A stretch of DNA of 64,000 bases from Vicugna vicugna (GCA_013265495.1 MU057416.1:1048545-1112544); one strand, 5' to 3'. Shown: positions 1-13,150, numbered from the stretch's first letter. The notes: a model not told the origin generated them from the sequence alone. Numbers and translations are program-made.

Positions 1-1109
1 CTGTCTCTTCCACAGCACACTGTGAACTCCTGGGGGACGGGGGACTGGGCAGTATTTGTCTAATCACTGCTAACGCCCAGCAGAGACCCCGGGCCATCGG
101 CAACATTCTGCTGACTCGTCAAGAAGAACTGTCATCCTTGCAGTGTAAGAAAGACTACACGATCTATGGTCGTGCACCATCCGGCAAGGGTCAACATAAT
201 TTTACCTGGAACTACACAGGCAAAATATGCGTGTTCTTTTCCTCTTTGTGAGCCCGAGATCACAGGCATCCTGGGACGCAGGTGTCACTCTAAGCTGTCC
301 GTCCCCTAGGCTGCCACGTCCAGCTTCGGCGAATTTTGTAGAAGTCGTGGGGATGTGTGCACATCACCCCCTCTTAGAGCAACGGCGCTTCAGCCTGCCC
401 AAGTTTAATGTCCATATAGAAACCAGAAATGCTCCAAACTGAAGCCTGAAGAAACACTCCCCATGTCTCCTTCAGGCTCTGCCTGCCGTCCGCCCGGCCC
501 GCCGCTCACCTGCATCGGCCCACACTCTCCACAGACCTCATTCCCTGCGGCCCGCTTGGGGCGGAACTAATTACAGCAGTAACGAAAATGGTCCTAGGAA
601 CGCGGCGCTGCGGGGCCAGGCTGCTCTGCCCAGAGGCCGTAGCCGTGGCCTGCGGGCTCCGTTAATGTGCTCTGCCTGGCTTCCCTGCAGACGTACTTCA
701 GAAAATTAAGCCAGCAGTTAAAGCCATAGAAGGCCGGAGAAACCCGGAAAAATAAAGAGCCAAATTCATCTCCTTGGGAATATGGTTGAAAACAACCCAC
801 TAATGGGAAGAAGAGATTTAAGAGGTTCGCTTCAGAGCAGATGATGTCGGACTGAAGGCTGGGTCAGGTCTGTGGCTTCTGTTCACCAGCTGGCTGTCTG
901 CTGCTTTGGATGCACCTCGTTTAGGAAGCGGCCTGAGCCGGCACTCAGAGCAGAAAGGTGGGCCCCCAGCTGGGCAGCAGCGCCCGGGCAGGAAGGGAGG
1001 GGCCGGGCTTCCTCAGACTGGCTCTCAGTCACACGCTCTCTGAAGAGAGCATGGAGTAAAAAATCTTAATTTAATATGGTTTTGTCAAGGTATAAAAGTA
1101 ACCGGCTTT

Positions 1110-1275
1110 GGGGAGGGGGTGGAGTAGTTCAAGTGGTAGAGTGTGTGCGGGGTTCAACTCCCAGCACCTTGATGTAAAAATAATTTTTTTAAGAAAAAAG
1201 AAAAAGAAAAAAGAAGAAAAAACATTCCAAATACACGACCTAACTTAAAAAAAAGAAAAGAAGGGTTTAAAAAAA
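1110..1275 (+). mobile_element. tRNA-Ala-derived SINE (camelid vic-1-like), degenerate, with long A-rich tail
   Basis: ggggagggggtggagtagttcaagtggtagagtg...gggttcaactcccagcacc (A-box/B-box-like head) followed by an A-rich tract. Confidence 0.75.
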
Positions 1276-1299
1276 GTAATCAGCTTAGATTTGCTAGAT

Positions 1300-1540
1300 T
1301 AGGAGTTTGGGATTAACAGACACACACTATGTACAAATACATAGACAACAAGGCACTACTGTCGCGCACAGGGGACTAGATTCAATTCCTTGTAGTGAGC
1401 TGTGATGGGAAAGCATCTGGAAACACACGTCTATGTGTATGTGTGCGTATGCGCACACCTGAGTCACTGTGCTGTCCACTGGAAATTAACACTGTGAATC
1501 GACTGCACGTCAACAAAAAAAAGAAGAATAAAAAAAAGAC
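1300..1540 (+). mobile_element. L1 3'-UTR fragment (5'-truncated LINE-1)
   Basis: ggagtttgggattaacagacacacact...gagtcactgtgctgtccactggaaattaacac...polyA; same element recurs at 22971 and 37410. Confidence 0.8.
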
Positions 1541-1569
1541 AGAAGGAAATATGGGAATAAAAGGCAGAA

Positions 1570-1700
1570 GGCACACAGCATGGTAGTTAACACTGGACTG
1601 TGAGTCAAAACAGAGCTGGGTTTAAACTCAGCTCTTCCACTTACAGCCCCGTGACCTGACCCTCCCAGAGCCTAAGGGCCTCTGCCTGTAAGGAAAGAAG
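1570..1700 (+). mobile_element. MIR fragment
   Basis: agcatggtagttaacactggactgtgagtca...ctgggtttaaactcagctcttccacttacagc resembles the MIR core. Confidence 0.55.
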
Positions 1701-2740
1701 GGAGCTTCTAACTCTGCTCCAAAGAAACACATTCATCAATGAAGTTGAATTATCTCAGCATCCACTCCTCAGAAGTGCAAGGCAGCAGGCAGTAAATGAA
1801 CAAGAGGACGGATCTATGATTTCCTCCTTCGGTGAATATTACAGAAAAAGTGTCACTTAGATGCTGGCCACTTGGCTCAGGGACCAGTGCAAAGGCACCA
1901 AACATCTAAGGAGGCTGCCCTGGGACCACCCACCTCTTCCTCTGACCCAAGATCTCACCTTCAGCGAGCCCTCAGTCAATCTAGTCTATGACAGGAGTTT
2001 TCAACTCATCTGACGACGATAATATATTTGAAGTGCTATTTCTCAGCTTTGGCAACGTTTCTTGGGTCTTCAAACACAAGATTCTATCAAATGATCATCC
2101 ATGCTAAGCATGTAGGCTGTTCCAGGGGCATTTCAACTATCAAAGTCGAAGTCAGGAGCTCAAACCAAGTTTAATTTAGGTCTGATTTGAAAACATTCTG
2201 GTGTTATGGTTCTGTGGTTTTAGACAAAAATACTCAAGACCAGTTCTGGTTTCAACAGGTTGAGTAGGTTAAAACTGAAACATTTCTCCACCGGCTGTGG
2301 TTAACCAATTGGTTTATTGTTTTAGAAACTGAAGTTGGTCAGCCAGCCTCTGGTTTGGGTTCCTGGTTCAATTCAGTTCAAGATCCTGGCAAATGTATAC
2401 TCAGAAAAATGTACAATTCCTAAATTACCATGTGCTAAATATCCCAATTTCCTCCAAAACCACACGTCTTCCACAAACTTCTCTTGCTCTGGAGGGTAAC
2501 AGAGACGTCCTCCCCAGTACCACCCACAGCAGAGCAGAAGGCAGGCAGCACCTCGTCTGAGAGCAAAGAGGACCCTACGGTTCTACTTTCAACAGAGGAT
2601 GGTACCTGCACCAAAACTGCCCCTTTCTTGGCCACTGTCAGCCATGATGTCTGCACACAAAGGTGCACCTCTTTTAGTTAGGTGGCTTGTGTCAAGCAAT
2701 CACTTACAAATATTGTGATTTATTTTCAAGAGGCCATATT

Positions 2741-2741
<1 letters not shown>

Positions 2742-2771
<30 letters not shown>
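2742..2771. repeat. (CA)n microsatellite
   Basis: Uninterrupted AC run seen directly. Confidence 0.95.
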
Positions 2772-2773
<2 letters not shown>

Positions 2774-4809
2774 ATTGTAGACACTGATGCATTCATGTGT
2801 TGTTCTAAGTCACCTGCATTCTGAGAGGCGTTCCTGTCTAGGAATAAAATGCATGGGGTTACAGGGGTGCGTGTTTGGGGACAGACCCCACATGTGGGCA
2901 TAAATGGCTCTGTATGGCAGCTGGAAAATGTGGCAGTAGATACTTAGTTTGGCACCGCCATACTCCTGTTCATACCATAATATATAGTGGAAATGAAGAC
3001 GTGAAACTTGAACGAGGGGCTAAGGGCTGAGGTGTGCCCCCAGGCACCCCAGGTCTCCAACTCCCTGAAACGTGGGCGTGGCTATGAGAGTGGCTGAAAC
3101 CCATTAGCCAACTTGCTCTGAGAACCACCAGCTCTAACAAAATCACGGCGCCTGGATGGGACCCCCGGAAAGTCAGTGGATTCCTCCTTTCATTCTGGCT
3201 TTGGAGGAAAATGGGACCATTCCATTTCCTCGGTCAGCTCCGTTTGTGTTTTCAACCAGATTTCAAGGTCTCTACCTTGGGAGAGGGCACAATGCCAGGT
3301 GACCTTGGTTAATGCAGATTTGCAGGCACTTGAGCAATAAATATTGAGAAAGGAGCCTTCTCAGTATTCCAAATGGGAACTCTGGGTGGGGCAGCCAGGA
3401 GGGAACTGAGAAATCTCCTCCTCCAGTGGTTTCTAACCTTAGCTGACTTTCCAGACAAGCTGACAAGACCTATTGAATAAGAATCACCAGTCACCAATGC
3501 CAAAACCTGGAAATCTAGGATCTGGGAAGTTCTCAGGAAACTCTGATCATCAGTCGGATGTGGACACCACGGATCTAGTCGGCCCCCGTCTTCCATTCAG
3601 GATGATGCAAACACAGACAAGCCCCCGGTTGTGATCATCACAACTGATATGTGTGCGGTGCCTGCCATGGACCAGACACTTTAACACGCATTATCCCCAT
3701 CCTTACTGGTCCTCTTAAATTCATGCTATGAGCAGACAACGTCTTACAGTCTCCTCCCTCCAGACAGCCGGCACTGTTCTCATGTGATTAATCCTCAGGG
3801 GACATTATTCAGCTTCTACTTGTTGCCTCAGCAAGTCCTGCCATCTAAGCAAAGAGGACAAGTGAGTGAACTGTTTCTCACCAGTGTTCTCAGGGATGCC
3901 TCCCAGGACTGTAAGGCACACACTGTACTGTTCTCGGGGTGGTGGCATGAAGCCCCATCATAATAAAGGAGAATAAGAAACTCATAGGAAATTAACATGT
4001 TCATGATTTTTGCACTGGGTGTGAATAACCCAGTGCAAACCCCCGTGCTCCACCACCAAGCATTACAGGAAGCAGGGCTCCCGGAACTCAACCATCCCTT
4101 CCCACCTTCAGCCGTTCCCACGCTGGGCAGCTTTCGGTCTGAACTGACAGGACCACCCAAAGCATTAAGACACCTGGCTATATGACTAGATTTTCACACA
4201 CAAAATGGTTTGGTTCTTATTTAAAAAAATTCACACACACACACAAAACCATGCTTAATTTCAAGCAATGTTGTGGCTGCTCTTTCTACTGCTGTTTGAT
4301 TCCAGAATTTCTAGCAACAAACCTGTTCACTTTAATCAAAATCCACATGCACATCTCACTTTTCAAATGACTGTGTAACATCCTACAGACAACTTACGGA
4401 CTGAGCACAGTTCCCCAAAATGATGAAATTAAGTAAATCAACATCTGACACCATCCCTGGCATCGCGGCCACCAGCGTGTCACTTACCCTCGCTCCTTTA
4501 CATCATTCTGAACCTCCGTCAAAGGCTCCCAGGGGAAAGTTTTTGGCAGCCTGAAGACGTGGCTAATCCCCGTTTAAATAGTTGTTCTTCTGAATTGCCA
4601 GAAAATTGAATGGATTATAACGCAATAGAGCTATAAAAGTTAGGGCCTCTGTAATACATGTCAACTTCACTTCTCTTGTGATTATTTAATCTCCTTCAGG
4701 CAATTATATAAATCATGTTACCCAACTAAATCAATGGATGAAACCGAAAGGAGACATAAAAGATCCTTTTACCAATTTAAAAAACACTCCCTGAGCTCCA
4801 CAAGCGTTT

Positions 4810-5083
4810 CTTGGGGATACGCGGAGATCACCACAACAAAGCGAGTCACGGGGACGTCTCGCTTTCCCAGGGCACAGGAAAGTTACGTTTATCCTACACC
4901 GTAGTCTGTTGTGTGTACAACAGCGTTACGTCTAAAAAGACAAGGTACATACTTCAATTAAAAAATACATTGTTGCTAAAGAATGCTCACCATCACCTGA
5001 GCTTTCAGTCAATCATAATCTTTTTGCAAAGATGAGATCACTGATCATAGATCACCGTGGCAAATATAATGATAAAAAGGTTC
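4810..5083. mobile_element. Tigger7/MER44-like DNA transposon (TcMar-Tigger) fragment
   Basis: aaagcgagtcac...aaagttacgttt...gtacatacttcaattaaaaaatacattgttgctaaa...agatcactgatcatagatcacc matches my recall of the MER44A consensus. Confidence 0.7.
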
Positions 5084-5085
5084 AG

Positions 5086-5182
5086 AGGTGGAGGGTGTGG
5101 CTCATTGGCAGAGCACACGCTCAGCATGTGTGAGGTCCTGGGTTCCATCCCCAGCACCGCCACTGAAAATATATAATAAAAA
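5086..5182 (+). mobile_element. vic-1-like tRNA-Ala SINE
   Basis: ggagggtgtggctcattggcagagcacacgctcagcatgtgtgaggtcctgggttccatccccagcacc plus A-rich tail. Confidence 0.85.
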
Positions 5183-5745
5183 GACATTCAGGGCACAATT
5201 TATGCATGTGCACATATGATGAGTGGGGAGATGGACGCACAAAAATATTTAGCTTGTTTAAGGTCAATAATAAAATCAAGAGAATTGGTCAATAGGGTCT
5301 TTTCTTCCTGGAAATTTGCTTCTGCCTGAAAAGCGACGGCAATCCACATGCCACGGGCATTATGAATGCGTTCCGTCTGGCACCACGGGCACATGAAAGT
5401 CAGAAATTCCTGCCTGGCTCATTTACTGGGCATAAACCAACACCGCTCTGCTGCGAGTTCCCCAACAGAAAAAGCCTGCCTAGCCCCTTCCAAGACGCCC
5501 CAAACCAGAAGAGACAAGAGGCGGAGTGAAAGCCGCACTAGCCAGGGCGCGTCTGTGTTTCTGACAAGTACAGATTATTCAGTAGCACCTCTCGGCGCGC
5601 CGGCAAGCAGGGGCACGGAGCGCTCATAAACGCACTGAAGTCTTTGGAGGACAGGAACTCACTGCTGTTAAATCTCTTCGGAGAAGCGGGGTGAGCCTGC
5701 CAAGTTTGTTAGGAGCACGGCCGGGCCCGTAGGCCACCGAACTGA

Positions 5746-6002
5746 AGATAAGCAGAGCCTTGTGGCAACAGCAGCTGAGATCACGGGGGGCAGAGCTCAG
5801 AAACTGAGCGCTTTATCTAGCCTTCAACTTCACGCAGAGGCGGGTGACGACATAAAACTGGGCTCATCGTGGTTGCACACTTCAGCGAAATCTGGAGATA
5901 AAGACCGCAGTTTGATAACGTCCGAAGCTGGAGTGTATCGTGCGGCTTCCAGCGCTGAGCCGCATCGTGTAAACTTTGCATTCTTCACCTGGTGACTGAT
6001 AG
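5746..6002. promoter_or_regulatory. Candidate enhancer: cluster of five GATA (WGATAR) motifs
   Basis: AGATAA 5746, TTATCT 5813, AGATAA 5896, TGATAA 5913, TGATAG 5997; no recognisable repeat here. Confidence 0.35.
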
Positions 6003-7139
6003 CATTCGCCAGCCCCGTTCCAGGCCTGCTGAAGCCGAGACGATGCTGAGGTCTGTGGAAGGTGGTACCCGAGGGACGGGTGGGTCAGGGACCAAGCAGG
6101 AAGGGCACACCCCCACGTGGAGGGCTTAATGCACGCAGGTCCGGGGCGGTGACAGTGGACACGTCTGTCACCTCGAGACAGACGTGTCCAGTGAAGGGGG
6201 AGGTCACTGGAATCCAGAGATATGAAAGGCTCTGCAGAAAAGAGCTCCCCTCAGGAGCTGAGACCCCAGAAGAGGGGCACAGGCACCCACAGGGAGGACA
6301 GTGGAGGGTCCCCAGCCTCTCCTCCCTCTTGTCTCCAGCAGATGCTGCCCCTAACTGAACCCAGTCAACAGCAGAGGGGTGGGGGAGCCTTCTGAAGCCA
6401 CCTCTGGTGGGAATGAGCAGGTCGGGGCAGCAGGGAGAGGGGATCTGAAGGGGAACGTGAAAGATGCCCAACATAAAGGGAGAGACAGAACTCTGTTTTA
6501 AACAACCTCCAGTGCTGTCTGGGTCTTCATCTCCGTAATTCCCTCGGCAACATTATTTGCTTGGCTTCTCCTCCAGCAGGACCGGTTCTAACACCAGCTG
6601 AGTGAAGGACGCTAATTTCCACTGGGCAATTCCCTTGAGCGTTTCCAGGGACTGCTGTTATCTCCTGCTTCCCTGTAAAAGTCAGGAATTCTCACTCCAG
6701 TCCCCAGGAGAATATTTATGTTCTTCCTACAAGGAGTGCCTATTGTTGCGTGGTGACACCTTTTTTAAGGATAATTAGAGCTCTCAGCTTTTCCTTTTAC
6801 CACTCAGGTGAGCAATGCACTGACTTCGAATGAATGAGGGCAGGTTTTTGGCGGCTTGTGAAGCCTGGAAATACTGATCAGTAAAACCCCTCGGACGCTT
6901 GCGTCTCCTGAATCTGCTTACCGCAGCCCTTCTTCCTGGTCGCCCGAGAGTACCAGCAATTGTGTTACCGTGATAAATCCTCCTCCCTGGGAGGGCACTC
7001 TTTTTTACCTAAAGTCACAATTTGCTCCTTCCTCTGGGTCACAACCTGATTTTTCAGGGTGACAGATTTATTGCTTGCTTTGTGCTCCAAAAAACAAATA
7101 GCCAGCATTGCTCAGAACGCAGCCCTGTCACAACAGCTC

Positions 7140-7720
7140 CCAGCGCGGGTGGGCCCCAGCGCTCGCGCTCCTGTCTGCGTGGGCAGAGGGAGGCCGTTTC
7201 CTCGCGGCTGCGGGCCTGGGCTGGAGGGCGGTGGTCAGGTCTAAGCCAAGCTGCTGGTGTAAGCAACTGGCAAGCAGGTATTCGCTGGCCGTGGTCTCCG
7301 GGGGGTTTTCTTCTTTGGAGGCGGCTCAAAAAATGCAGAGCACAGGGCCGCGTCTGACCTCCAGAGCGAGCCCGTTTTCAGCCCTCACGAAAGCCCACAG
7401 GCCCCACAGAGCGTCCCTGCAGCCTGAGAATGAGACTGTGGTGCTTCCACGGCCGGGGCGGGCCGCGGAGCCGAGCTCCCACGGCGGACCGTGGCCCCGA
7501 GAGGGCAGCAGCCCTCCTGTCCGCGCGACACCCGCGCTCCGTCCGCAGCCCCCTCCCCCCGGCGGCCCCGGGGCGCGGCCCGTGCGCGGGGCGGGGTGGG
7601 GGGCCTCGGTCTGCGCGTGTTCAGTTTTGCCAGGTCACGGAAAACAGGGAAGCACCAACGATGTGCACCCTCAGCCGCAGCGAGCAGAGGTCAGGACCAC
7701 GGACTCGGCACCCAGTGCGT
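7140..7720. promoter_or_regulatory. CpG-island-like GC-rich segment
   Basis: Dense CpG and GC boxes (ggggcggg at about 7455 and 7588); no adjacent exon recognised. Confidence 0.6.
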
Positions 7721-7900
7721 CAGCTTCCAACCCTGGCTCTGCTGGGTCACCTTGCAAACTGACTTAAGCACTCTGTGCCGCCGTTGCCTCATCTGTTCAA
7801 CGCAGGTCATTCTAGGACGTGCCTCATAGGGCTGCTGAGAGAATTAAAAACAATCCTGCTTACGACGCATGTGAAACACGGCCGCTTTGCCCAAGTACCA
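7690..7900 (+). mobile_element. MIR fragment (GC-shifted)
   Basis: ccctggctctgctgggtcaccttgcaaactgacttaagcactctgtgcc...cctcatctgt...cctcatagggctgctgagagaatta. Confidence 0.6.
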
Positions 7901-9163
7901 GGCGGTTTTCCTCAGGTCAATTCAGTGGGAATAAAGGGACATCTTCCCTGTGGTTTTCATTTCCCAGAATGACTCCTCACGCCATCTGCCACTCCTCTCC
8001 TCCACCGTCGGTCTTTCTCCTGCTGATTCATTGGAATTCTCCACGTCGCATCCTGGGCTCGTCACGTCTGTGTGTGGCAAGTATCTTTTCCCAGTTTATG
8101 GCCTGTCTTGTTCACTCCCCTTATGACATACACCGTATAGACGTTAATCTCCGGGAAGCACGAGTTTTCAGAAGAGAGTTAAGGCGCGGCCTCCGGAGAG
8201 CAACTGGCAGACCCTCCCCGGGCTTTGCATTAAGTCAGACTGGCCTAAGTACCCCATCACGTTCTTAAGTCAAAGTAAACTTACAACTGACACTCATTCA
8301 TAGTACGATGCTCAGGGCTACACGGGGAATCACGCACAGGCCTGCCCGCATCGGGCTTCGCGTCGGCTGTGACGGGCACGTAGCCACATGGGAAGTTACC
8401 CAACACCACAAGGTGATGGCGTCCTTTTCCGGGGGGCCCACCACTAAGCGTTCTGCACAATTCATTCCTACATTCAGGGAACTCATTTCATAAGTCACAC
8501 CCACAAAGAAAGCAAAAGGGTGAAAAACTTGTCTCCTGCCCTCCTGATGGGGACCCTGGAAATGTCTCAGGTTAGTGTCCAAGCCACAAAAGAACAGTCT
8601 TCCAAGGTCGAATTAGTGGCCCACGGATGGGACCGCTGTCACTGGTCAGTGTCTGCGAGGATGCTCAGGCTACAGCTAAACCCCGTCCCTTCCCGTCCTT
8701 ACCATTCGTCTCTGGTCTCAAACACATCCCGCAGATGGGGCAACTCCCAGCCTTTAAAAAAAATCCCCATTACCCCATTTCTTGTGGACATTATGGTTCC
8801 TCCATGAGAGTTACTTGAGTTGTTCAAGGGCCTTCCCATATACGTCTTCAGTGGTCCGTGTTGGTTGGTTTTAATTATTCTTATTCTTAATCGTGTTGTG
8901 GTCCACATATGGCCTCCGTGGCCCGAAACTGTCTGAAGTCTATGGTGTCTGTTTCAATCCATTCAACGTTGGTCCCTAGTTCAACGTCAGTTATCAGAGA
9001 ACAAGAAATATTTTAAAACACAGTTTTTCTCTGGATATGAAAAATACCACAAATTTATTTAAATAACCAAAACTTATTCCAAAAATAAAAAACCTGCTCT
9101 AGAGTTCTTATAATAATTATTAGAAGCCAAAAGACGAGTTGGCAGAATTAGTATTTAAATTCT

Positions 9164-9305
9164 CTTTTTTAAATTTTATTATTTTAAAATTTGGGGGGGT
9201 AACTAGGTTTGTTTACTTTTTATTTTAATGGTGGTGCTGGCAATTGAACCCAGGACCACAAGCATGCTAAGCGGGCACTCTATCACTGAGCTATTTCCCT
9301 CCCCC
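9164..9305 (-). mobile_element. vic-1-like SINE with target-site duplication
   Basis: Antisense head ...attgaacccaggacc...actgagctatttccctccccc; TSD taaattct at 9156-9163 and 9306-9313. Confidence 0.9.
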
Positions 9306-9359
9306 TAAATTCTGATTTATTGTTTCAAGTCAATAAATGTTCTCATTCATAACACTAAC

Positions 9360-9480
9360 AGGTAATATTAAATGTGTGTCTTTGTGCCAGGCACTGGGCA
9401 AATCACTTTACACAAATTATTTTATTTTATTCTAACAGTAACCCCACATGGTAGGGAGCACTGGCATTCCCACTGTTCAC
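9360..9480 (-). mobile_element. MIR fragment
   Basis: tgtgccaggcactgggcaaatcactttacacaaattattttatttta...ccccacatggtagg. Confidence 0.55.
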
Positions 9481-10992
9481 AGTCCCTCTGAATCGGGGCT
9501 TGCCTATTCAAGTCAGCAAACATTTCTTGTGCACCTGCTACGTGTGAAGCAGGTCGAGGTGTTTGGGAGGCTCTGAAGGTCACTCCACAAGAGATGGGCG
9601 CTACAAGAGAGTAGGAGGAGGAACTGGAGGAAACACAGTGGTTTCGGGAGCTCAGACAGGAGCGACCGTAGCTCTGAAGGGACCCGGAAAGATGTCACTG
9701 AGCGGATGTTAGCCCGTCATGGCTGCAAACCAGGGAAACCCAGCCCCGTCCTCCCCCCGCCACAGGCAGGCGCGCGGGCAGAGCCCGCAGCGCGCCGTCC
9801 GGACTCCTGCGGGAACTCGGGTCTCCACCCCTCGGCCCCCGTGCCCCCGTGGTCTCTGATTTCGTGTCTCAGTCCTGCTCGTTGGCGTGTCTCCCGCTCG
9901 TGAACTGCTTCCTGGTCCTGACGCATTCTGACCTCAGCCTCTCCCACGTCCCCCGGAAAGATCAGTTAGGACCCAACAGATCTCATCCGTGTAACTCTTT
10001 ATATAAGGAAATACATGGAGACTTAAAGGAAAATCATTATATCCCTGGAAGTAGGGAGGAGAAAACACAGACAGTAAAATACACTGGGTTGTAGTCAGAA
10101 CACTCGGGCCTTCGAGGGGAGCAGCTTGGGCAGAGAATGACTCCCTTCACTACAACCCACTCATATTTTTCCATTTTCATTTTGTAGATGATCTGTAATA
10201 ATATGCCGTCAAAAAATAAATAAATACTTCCACAGGAATCAGCAGAATTTTCCAAGGTCCCATCCAAACCACTCTGTACACATTCATAATCTGAGTAACA
10301 GAATTCCTTTTCTTCTGTCAATCACCCTGTTTTGTTTTCTTTCTGCGGTCCGCAGAAGCTACCCAGAAAACACCGTGCGCAGCGAGCTCACTGGCATGGC
10401 CTCTGCTACTCCTTGGCTCATTGAGGGCAGCCTGCCTCCGGCAAGACGTCTCAGAAGATGGGCAGTGACTCAACCAGCCGTCTGCGTTTCGTAATTCCTT
10501 CCAACCCGCTTTACAGCTCGCCTCCTCTGGGCGTGATCAACCCACAGGGAGGTAAAACCACTGTGGGTCCTTCGTGGCCAGTCCTAGGGTCTGTAATGAA
10601 AATATTCTGTCCTCATCATCACTCAGGGAGACACGTGGTCCAATGGAGAAAGGTCTTGAGAGCCAGTCTGCTGATAAACCATCGCTAGTCCTCGCCTAAA
10701 TCAATCCCTTGGTTTCTTCTGCGGTAAGGGCGTTGGGGGTGAACTGAATAATCTCTGAAATCCTTTGTAGTTATAGCATTTTCTGACCAGACTACTTTCC
10801 ATTCTAGACGTGGTGCTGCCCATCAGGCTGGCTTCCTACAGAGGAAGGGTCCTTAGACATGGCAGAAGTTAGATTTCAGGTCCAATTATTAAGAATTAGA
10901 GTTTCTCTGTGAGTTGAGATAAAGCCACACCACCTCTCCATCTGACAGGGACAAATTGACTCTCTCCATGAGACAAGTCAAACTCATAAAAA

Positions 10993-11102
10993 TTTTATAT
11001 ACATACATATATAATTTTTAACGGAAGTATTTTGAATTGAACCCAGGACCTCGTGCACGCTAAGCACACACCCTCCCACTGAGCTATACCCTGCCCCTCC
11101 CC
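10993..11102 (-). mobile_element. vic-1-like SINE
   Basis: attgaacccaggacctcgtgcacgctaagc...actgagctataccc; flanked by ctcataaaaa duplicates (10983 and 11106). Confidence 0.88.
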
Positions 11103-11500
11103 AAGCTCATAAAAAATTTTAAAGTTACATTTAAAAGCTTTTTACACTTAAAACCCCGTCACTGTTATCACTGAGCCATTCAAATACTTACGAAGAAAAT
11201 GTGCTTATAAGGGACCAGATAAAGATGCCTCCAGCAAGACAGCCTCCGCCCCGCGTCCCCGTGGACACCGGTGGGGCCCCCCCAGGCCCCCTCCCCATCC
11301 CGTCCTCACTCTGACTGTGTTTTCCTCTGTGGTCCTTACCAGCATCCAACACAGGATCTCATTTAACATGTTCTCTGTCTCCTCTCTATGAAGGCAGAGT
11401 TTTGTCCGTTTCATTCACTGTTGAATTAGTAGCACCCAGAAAAGTAGTAGGCATGAGCGTATAAATAAGTAGTATTTACTGTAAGGATCTAACAATTGCC

Positions 11501-11702
11501 TTTTTGATTGAAGTATAGTCCATTTACAATGTTGCATTAGTTTCTGTGGACAGCATAGTGATTCAGTGATACATAGATACATATTCTTTTTCAGATTCTT
11601 TTTCATTATAGGTTATTACAAGATATTGAATATAGCTCCCTGGGCCGGACAGTCGACCATGTTACTTCACGTTATTTATCTATTTTACATGTAGTAGTGT
11701 GT
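11501..11702 (-). mobile_element. L1 3'-end fragment with TSD
   Basis: Antisense L1 tail (ttgaagtatagtccatttacaatgttgc...); TSD atctaacaa(t/c)tgcc at 11487-11500 and 11703-11716. Confidence 0.85.
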
Positions 11703-12476
11703 ATCTAACAACTGCCATTTTTAAAGGAGGGCATATAACCAGACTAAAAGCAGCCCTTTCTTCTGGATGTTTCCAGCTCCAGATTACAAGAGCCCACTTA
11801 CCCCCTCCCCACCAAACAAACTAGAGACATGAACACCGCTCATGGGTCATTGTGACACAGTCTGAAGTCCCTGACACAAACCAGGGGATGTGGCCTCAAC
11901 ATGATGGGAGAATCAAACACGTCACCCCAGAGTGCGCGGAGGGAGCACAGGTGTCTGAAGGGCTTTCCTGCTGGAGAGCATCAGTCTGCACGCGGCCTCA
12001 GCTCTGCCTCCTAAACCTGGGTTATAAGGAGAATTATCATCATTATCCACAACAAAACGCCACTCTGGTTCTGACCTACATGCCGGAAGAGAAGAAAACC
12101 AGGATCTCTTCCCGTGAACGATCCCCCACCTCCAGCGCCTGTTGCAGGCAGCGGGGTGGGCAGTGGGACGCCCGCTGCAGAACGGGGTGGCCGTTCCTGC
12201 CCACCTGCCTCACGCTCAGCCCCGAGACTCCGGGCAGCCTGAGGGCACCGCGGCCAGACACGAGCTGCCGTGCAGCCTTCGGGCATCAAAGTCACTGCTT
12301 GCTTTCCTCCCAGAGATCGGAACGATCTTTTCAATGGCTGATACACAGAGTTTCGTTTTGTTTTTCCCTCTCGCCTTGCTCAGAAAATATTGGTTGATCA
12401 CTTCTAGGAAGCTCAGACCTGGAAACTCAAAGAAACCCTTCACTATCCAGCAACGCACCCCGCCCCCACCCAGCCC

Positions 12477-12630
12477 NNNNNNNNNNNNNNNNNNNNNNNN
12501 NNNNNNNNNNNNNNNNNNNNNNNNNNNNNNNNNNNNNNNNNNNNNNNNNNNNNNNNNNNNNNNNNNNNNNNNNNNNNNNNNNNNNNNNNNNNNNNNNNNN
12601 NNNNNNNNNNNNNNNNNNNNNNNNNNNNNN
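12477..12630. other. Assembly gap (154 N)
   Basis: Run of N; right edge abuts the poly-T tail of a SINE. Confidence 0.99.
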
Positions 12631-12740
12631 TTTTTTTTTTTCTCCGTTTTGTTTTGGTTTTTAATGGAGGTACTGAGGATGAACCCAGGACCTCATGCAT
12701 GCTAAGCATATGCTCTACCACGGAGCTATATTCACCCTCC
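12631..12740 (-). mobile_element. vic-1-like SINE
   Basis: tttaatggaggtactgaggatgaacccaggacctcatgcatgctaagc...ggagctatattcaccctcc. Confidence 0.88.
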
Positions 12741-13015
12741 AGAAGTCTTGCTTTCTTGTCTCACTGTTAATTTACCACCTCCAGGCTCATCCTTTCTGTA
12801 GGCAGAATTCAGTGTCCTGCACTTATGGGACTGCGGACCCTGTTTCCATGCTGGTCACCAGCCAGGGGCCACCTGCAGCCGCTGGAGGCCGCCCACGTGC
12901 CTGCAGTGTGGCCCTCTCCACCCCCAGGTCAGCGGGAGAGCATCTCATCCATCGCGGGTTTCCTGGAGTTGGTAAGTGGTGACCCACCACAGTTGCCCAG
13001 CCACAAACTTAGCCA

Positions 13016-13150
13016 TTTTTCTTCTTTTTTTTTGCAGGGGGAAGTAATTAGGTTTACTTGTTTACTTATTTTAATGGAGGCACTGGGGATTGAACCCGGG
13101 ACCTCGTGCATGCTAAGCACAGGTTACCTCTGAGCCATACTCTCCCCCTG
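13016..13150 (-). mobile_element. vic-1-like SINE
   Basis: gggggaagtaattaggtttac...atggaggcactggggattgaacccgggacctcgtgcatgctaagc. Confidence 0.88.

Noticed and set aside
7108..7767. 219-aa ORF and overlapping ORFs
   Set aside because: Low-complexity Pro/Arg/Gly/Ala sequence caused by GC richness; non-ATG start; runs into a MIR; no recognisable domain.
12142..12721. ORFs of 187 and 92 aa
   Set aside because: They are lengthened by the N gap and end or start in a SINE.
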